A stretch of 63,709 nt of DNA, filler included, from Rhabdomonas costata (taxonomy: Eukaryota), in the NCBI GenBank assembly GCA_019059605.1. It is 52 parts of 52 records of this genome, joined end to end, with 100 filler letters (N's around TTAATTAATTAA, not from the genome) between each part and the next. Parts side by side here need not be neighbours in the genome. Positions count along the whole stretch, not along the records: positions 60,129 to 61,255 come from JAHMHO010027275.1; positions 61,356 to 62,482 come from JAHMHO010027276.1; positions 62,583 to 63,709 come from JAHMHO010027277.1; 49 more parts are not named here. One strand, given 5' to 3'. Every line of letters starts with the position of its first letter. Positions within the stretch are counted from its first letter, which is position 1. Shown here piece after piece: positions 60,761 to 63,709 of the stretch. The translations under genes were made by a program, and so were the position numbers. The notes below the pieces were generated by a model that was not told the DNA's origin, did not search any database, and saw nothing but the letters and a program-made list of their open reading frames with translations.

Positions 60761-63709
60761 CCCGCGAGGGCGGCCGCGAGAAAGGGAACGCATGCCTGAG
60801 TCACAGGAAGACTCGCTCACAGAAACGCAGCGATGCTGCAAATGGAAAAGGAAAGGGAAAACCAATACGAACAGGCACCTCCACGACCAGCTGGTGCTGC
60901 GCACCCGCCGGGGGTGATGGATCCTGGTTGGTGCAGCTACACAGCGCCAGCCAGCACGTCATCCCGCAGCTCCACACAGAGTCTTCAGCTTCCCCCGAAG
61001 TCAGCATCGCGGAGAGAACCTGTGCGCAGGTTAGGTTTCATGGGCATCGCGTTTGTGAGCGTGGGATATCGTCATCGAAGAATCGGCAGAAAAACGAGAC
61101 AACGGTACCCACACGTGGGTGGCAAAAACAGACAAAACAGAAATGCGACCGAGGGCTTCGACACTACGTTGACGACAGGGATCACTCGAAACAGTGAGTG
61201 TGAGCTAAAGGCTCCCCACTTCCGCCGTGAGAAACTACCAGCCAACCCCCCACAANNNNNNNNNNNNNNNNNNNNNNNNNNNNNNNNNNNNNNNNNNNNT
61301 TAATTAATTAANNNNNNNNNNNNNNNNNNNNNNNNNNNNNNNNNNNNNNNNNNNNTTGCAGTTATTAAGATAGGTGTGATTGGAATATGCACACATTGCG
61401 GTGTGTGTGATGGGGAAGCCTCCAACGTGATTATTGCAACCGAAGAAGAAAACGTCGATAATTTTAATGGGTGCTGCACCTCGCGGGTGCTAGACTCAGC
61501 GTTGCACGAGTGTGGAAGTTCATTGTTTTGGACTTAGCAAATCCAAGCAGTTACGAATTATAGGGGACGTATCAATCAGAATCGGCGGTAGGTTCTGGTT
61601 CATTTTAAGCCCTGAGGTTTTCGCGTAAATTTTAAAATCAAAATAATTTGTTCGTACCATACACACTCACCTTTGTTCGCTTCATTCTTATGTCCCCATA
61701 GATATTGTGGCTGTGATGATTCGTATTTATTTCGCTGTGTTGCTGTGGTGTTCCTCACAGGACATTAGGCTCACCGATGCCTTCGCGCCCCTGTGACCAC
61801 CACATGGACGTAGGTGCTGCTATTTGGCTGGAAGGATCGCCTCAGGCAGCCCATCTGAACCGGCCCAAGTCTCCGCCAAAGCGCCAGCGTACCCCCGACG
61901 AGAAGTGGACCCCAGTGCATTGCCTCAGCGGTGTGCATGGCCTTCTTTCCAACCTACCGGTTACGTGTTGTGCACCTCCCCCGCATCAGGTACCTTCATT
62001 GCACTTCACAGTGCTGGGCTGAACCTGCGGTAGTTGCTGAGTGCTTTTCCTGTCCGTTCCAAGACCCTTTGCCAGAGGGGTTGATTCTGCCATCGGTTAA
62101 TATTCTAAGCCCTTGCCAGCAACATCTGAATGGGTCTGAATGGGTCGATTCATTGCCCTCTTTCCCCGTAGTTAGCTATCTACCCTATTACACTCATTAG
62201 CTGTCCGAGAGGTGCTTCAGTTAGGGTTGGGGTACCTTTCAGGTCCTGCGTCTCCGCAGCAGAAGCGTGCTCGACCTTGCCCACCCATTCTGGACCCGCG
62301 ATGTACCCCCCAGAGAGACTCTGTTGCTTGTTCCCATGCCATTTCCTTGGACAGCCTGCACCGCATTATCGGAATAATGTCTACAGTCAGGATTTGTCGG
62401 GCAAGGGTGACGGTGAAGGCAGCAAAGTAGAGCCCGATAGGGTGGCACATGATCGATACGTGAATATTTTTCAAACCAAAACNNNNNNNNNNNNNNNNNN
62501 NNNNNNNNNNNNNNNNNNNNNNNNNNTTAATTAATTAANNNNNNNNNNNNNNNNNNNNNNNNNNNNNNNNNNNNNNNNNNNNGTTTTGAAGGAAGGGACT
62601 ACAGTTTTACTGTTGCAGCAAATAAAAATAGAGTCTGCTCGGAACGCTGTATGGTAAAGGTGTGGTTTGGCTCCGCTTTGCTTTGGTTGGGGTGCTGTTG
62701 GGTTGCCGTTGGCTTTGTACAGGTTGGCTGGTGTCGGTGTGTTTTTTGGTGCACGTGAACCGGACGTGTTATCGTCTACTGAACCACTATAAATGGTTTG
62801 GAGTTGGGACCGCCTTGCATGTGTTGTGTGTGCTTTGCATTTCAGCGCGCTTATGATGACGGGAATGAAGAATCTCTGAATGGTGTGCGGTCAGGGGGGA
62901 CGCACCCGCAACCCATTATTTGGAAGCCCGGCTAAAACCACCAGGCAACATCAAATTCCAGAACTCAAAATTGTTTTTCCCTCTTAATGATGCAGAGGTC
63001 GTCCTTCGTAGGCGCAGGAGCGGAAACGGCAAAAGTTTCGCCTAAATTTATAAACTCTTTTTTTCCACACCCGCCGTTATCCCGGCGTTCGAACCTCAGG
63101 CTCCAAATGCCAAAAGGCTGGCTTTCAGAGCTGCCCTTCCCTATCCCGCCTTTCCGCGGAATTGCTTCGCGCCATCATGCTGGTCTTTTCTCCGAAGTGC
63201 TTGTGGTTCGCCGTCACGGCGACGTTCAAGAATACGAACGCTTATGGGGTAGAGCCTCCTTGAGTCTCCTGCTTCACCAAAGACACCTAAAAGCCGAACG
63301 TCTCCCACAGTACCTTGGTGGGGCACCCCGCCAGAAAGCCCGAAGGAGCATCTTGTGGGCGCCATTGATTCCAAATCTTTGTTCTTGCGCTTTTCTGCCG
63401 GTATTTTTCCGGACGCCTCGCCTATTAGGGGTGGTCTAAACTTTTCTGCTTTGAAAAATGAACAGCGCAAAAAAAACGCCAAGACATTTTGCTTGCTTTC
63501 TTCAGCACTGTTTTTTTGTAATTTTTCCTGGCGCGCGGCAGAAAGCAAGGACCATGAAATAACCCAGGCGCTTCGAGGAGTGCGGTTAAACGGCTGGTGT
63601 TCGACTTGGTACCCACCGCATTACCCCATTGCTGTCACGGCTCAGCATACGTAGGAGGAACGTTTTGTAGTAGAAAATAAAAGAGACAGCTTGGTGAGCC
63701 AGACAAGAT

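Noticed and set aside
1129-62582. Regularly spaced TTAATTAATTAA as a CRISPR-like or biological periodic repeat
   Set aside because: Always embedded in 44+44 Ns, so it is a synthetic six-frame-stop linker. The ~1227-nt period reflects contigs of similar length.
1-63709. Operon, defence-island or gene-cluster interpretation of neighbouring genes; rRNA, tRNA or spliced-leader genes
   Set aside because: Adjacent contigs are unlinked, and no convincing rRNA, tRNA or SL sequence was seen by eye.

Overview
This is not a contiguous locus. It is an artificial concatenation of 52 unrelated contigs of about 1.13 kb, apparently sorted by size and joined by 51 identical 100-nt spacers (44 N + TTAATTAATTAA + 44 N), so gene neighbourhood across spacers is meaningless. 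The contigs come from an intron-rich eukaryote: short GT-AG-bounded exons and TTAGGG-type repeats. G/T-only contig tips and fold-back ends indicate whole-genome-amplified DNA. A class II (B12) ribonucleotide reductase with spliceosomal introns and several receptor cyclases would fit a euglenid-like protist, but this is inference only. Recognisable exon fragments include class II RNR, an ammonium transporter, UNG, sideroflexin, GCLC, MCM6, three cyclase-type proteins, bestrophin, a GT47 exostosin, LIM, ankyrin and F-box/LRR proteins, and a decayed Ty3/Gypsy pol. The most notable items are: (1) an intron-containing histidine kinase with a bacterial-type MASE3 sensor; (2) a compositionally alien contig that folds into a ~670-nt imperfect hairpin studded with strand-polarised GCGNAGC motifs, possibly an organelle or plasmid control region; (3) several repeat families, including a (CA)n-flanked element encoding a CCCH-finger-like peptide and hairpin+CTAG Helitron-like ends; (4) a possible non-GT-AG intron in UNG. 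All protein calls are by eye from motifs; no searches were run.
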